Shown here piece by piece: positions 62,456-64,000 of a stretch of 64,000 bases of DNA (positions within the stretch are counted from its first letter, which is position 1; the number at the start of each line of letters is the position of its first letter). The DNA is from Mobula hypostoma (lineage: Eukaryota): contig NC_086097.1 of the NCBI RefSeq assembly GCF_963921235.1, positions 196,418,001-196,482,000 on the forward strand, in the 5' to 3' direction. A program made the translations under genes and the position numbers. The notes under the pieces were generated by a model. The model saw nothing but the letters and a program-made list of their open reading frames with translations, was not told the origin of the DNA and did not search any database.

Positions 62456-63327
62456 AGAACATACAATAGTACAGCACATTACAGGCCCTTCAGCCCACAA
62501 TGTTGTGCCGACCCTCAAACCCTGCCTCCCATATAACACCCCACCTTAAATTCCTCCATATACCTGTCTAGTAGTCTCTTAAACTTCACGAGTGTATCTG
62601 CCTCCACCACTGACTCAGGCAGTGCATTCCATGCACCAACCACTCTCTGAGTAAAAAACCTTCCTCTAATATCTCCCTTGAACTTCTCACCCCTTACCGC
62701 AAAGCCTTGTCCTCTTGTATTGAGCAGTGGTGCCCTGGGGAAGAGGTGCTGGCTATCCACTCTATCTATTCCCCTTATTATCTTGTACACCTCTGTCATG
62801 TCTCCCCTTCATCCTCCTTCTCTCCAAAGAGTAAAGCCCTAGCTCCCTTAATCTCTGATCAGAATGCATACTCTCCAAACCAGGCAGCATCCTGGTAAAT
62901 CTCCTCTGTACCCTCTCCAATGCTTCCATATCCTTCCTATAGTGAGGCGACTAGAACTGGACACAGTACTCCAAGTGTGGCCTAACCAGAGTTTTATAGA
63001 GCTGCATCATTACATCACGACTCTTAAACTCTATCCCTCGACTTATGAAAGCTAACACCCCATAAGCTTTCCTAACTACCCTATCCACCTGTGAGGCAAC
63101 TTTCAGGGATCTGTGGACATGTACCCCGAGATCCCTCTGCTCCTCCACACTACCAAGTATCCTGCCATTTACTTTGTACTCTGCCTTGGAGTTTGTCCTT
63201 CCAAAGTATACCAGCTCACACTTCTCCGGGTTGAACTCCATCTGCCACTTCTCAGCCCACTTCTGCATCCTATCAATGTCTCTCTGCAATCTTCGACAAT
63301 CCTCTACACTATCTACAACATCACCAA
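62456..63327 (-). mobile_element. CR1 (family B) 3' fragment, about 870 bp
   Basis: Near-identical reverse complement of 55908-56775; ORFs 62951-63289 and 62515-62799 repeat the same peptide. Confidence 0.93.
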
Positions 63328-63499
63328 TGAGAGGGAACAGTTATTACCCTTCAGCTATCTGGTTATTTGAACTTGGAACAAGGTTTCACTCCCAGATAAG
63401 CTTCATGTCTTTTCTGCTCACCTTGACCAAAAGAACATGGAGGCACCTTCACAAACTCCCACAGCCCCCCCCCCCCCAATTCCCAAAAAGGCTCAATTG

Positions 63500-64000
63500 G
63501 AGTCCAGCATGAGATCCTTCAGGAGGATGAATCCATGGAAAGCATCTGGCCCAGGCAGCGTACCTGGCTGAGTATGAAGACCTGTGCTAATCATAGGCCA
63601 GATTGTTTACAAACATCTTCAACCTCCTGCTTCAGCAGTCTGAGGTACCCATCTGGATTGAGCAGGCTTCATTCCTATCAGGCTCAAGAACATGGTAGCC
63701 CGCCTCGATGACTATCATCCCATAACATTTACATCCACTGTGATGGATTGATTCAAAAGGTTAGTCATGAAGCATATTGACTCCTGCCTGAGGAGAGACC
63801 TGGATCCACCCCAATTTGCCTACTGTCACAATGGGTCAACAGCAGATGCCATTCACTCAGCTCTGGAACACCTGGCCAGTGAAGGTGCTTACAGCTCAGC
63901 ATTCATTACTATCATCCACCGAAATCTCATCACTAAGCTCTAAGCCTTAGACCTCGGTACCTCCTTGTGCAACTATATCCTTGATTTTTCCACTAGCAGA
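63500..64000 (+). mobile_element. Rex1/Babar RT fragment, decayed; runs off the window
   Basis: Remnants of [21 protein letters not shown] and YSSAFITI. Confidence 0.7.

Overview
Vertebrate genomic DNA, very probably a cartilaginous fish (inferred from the mix of CR1, Penelope, HE1-like V-SINE, Rex1 and Tc1 repeats). It spans the convergent 3' ends of two genes. The last coding exon of ESCO1 lies at 4846-4978 (+). The last seven coding exons of GREB1L run from 61472 down to 25195 (-); all have GT-AG junctions and splice into one open frame. This matches the tail-to-tail GREB1L/ESCO1 arrangement known in human. Most of the remainder is nested transposable elements. These include: four long CR1 LINEs; a full-length L1 with intact ORF2 and an 18-bp TSD inside a CR1; a Gmr1-like Gypsy element with two LTRs, an open Gag-protease frame and a gutted pol, inside a Tigger-like element; three Tc1 elements; a Chapaev3 deletion derivative; SINEs; and many Penelope-like 3' ends. 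The most notable observations are Penelope-derived palindromes carrying back-to-back minimal hammerhead ribozymes that fold back at a native stem-loop, the pol-deleted but in-frame Gmr1-like element, and a ~870-bp inverted CR1 pair bracketing a GREB1L exon. I found no convincing wholly new biological system. All calls are by-eye recognition with no database search.
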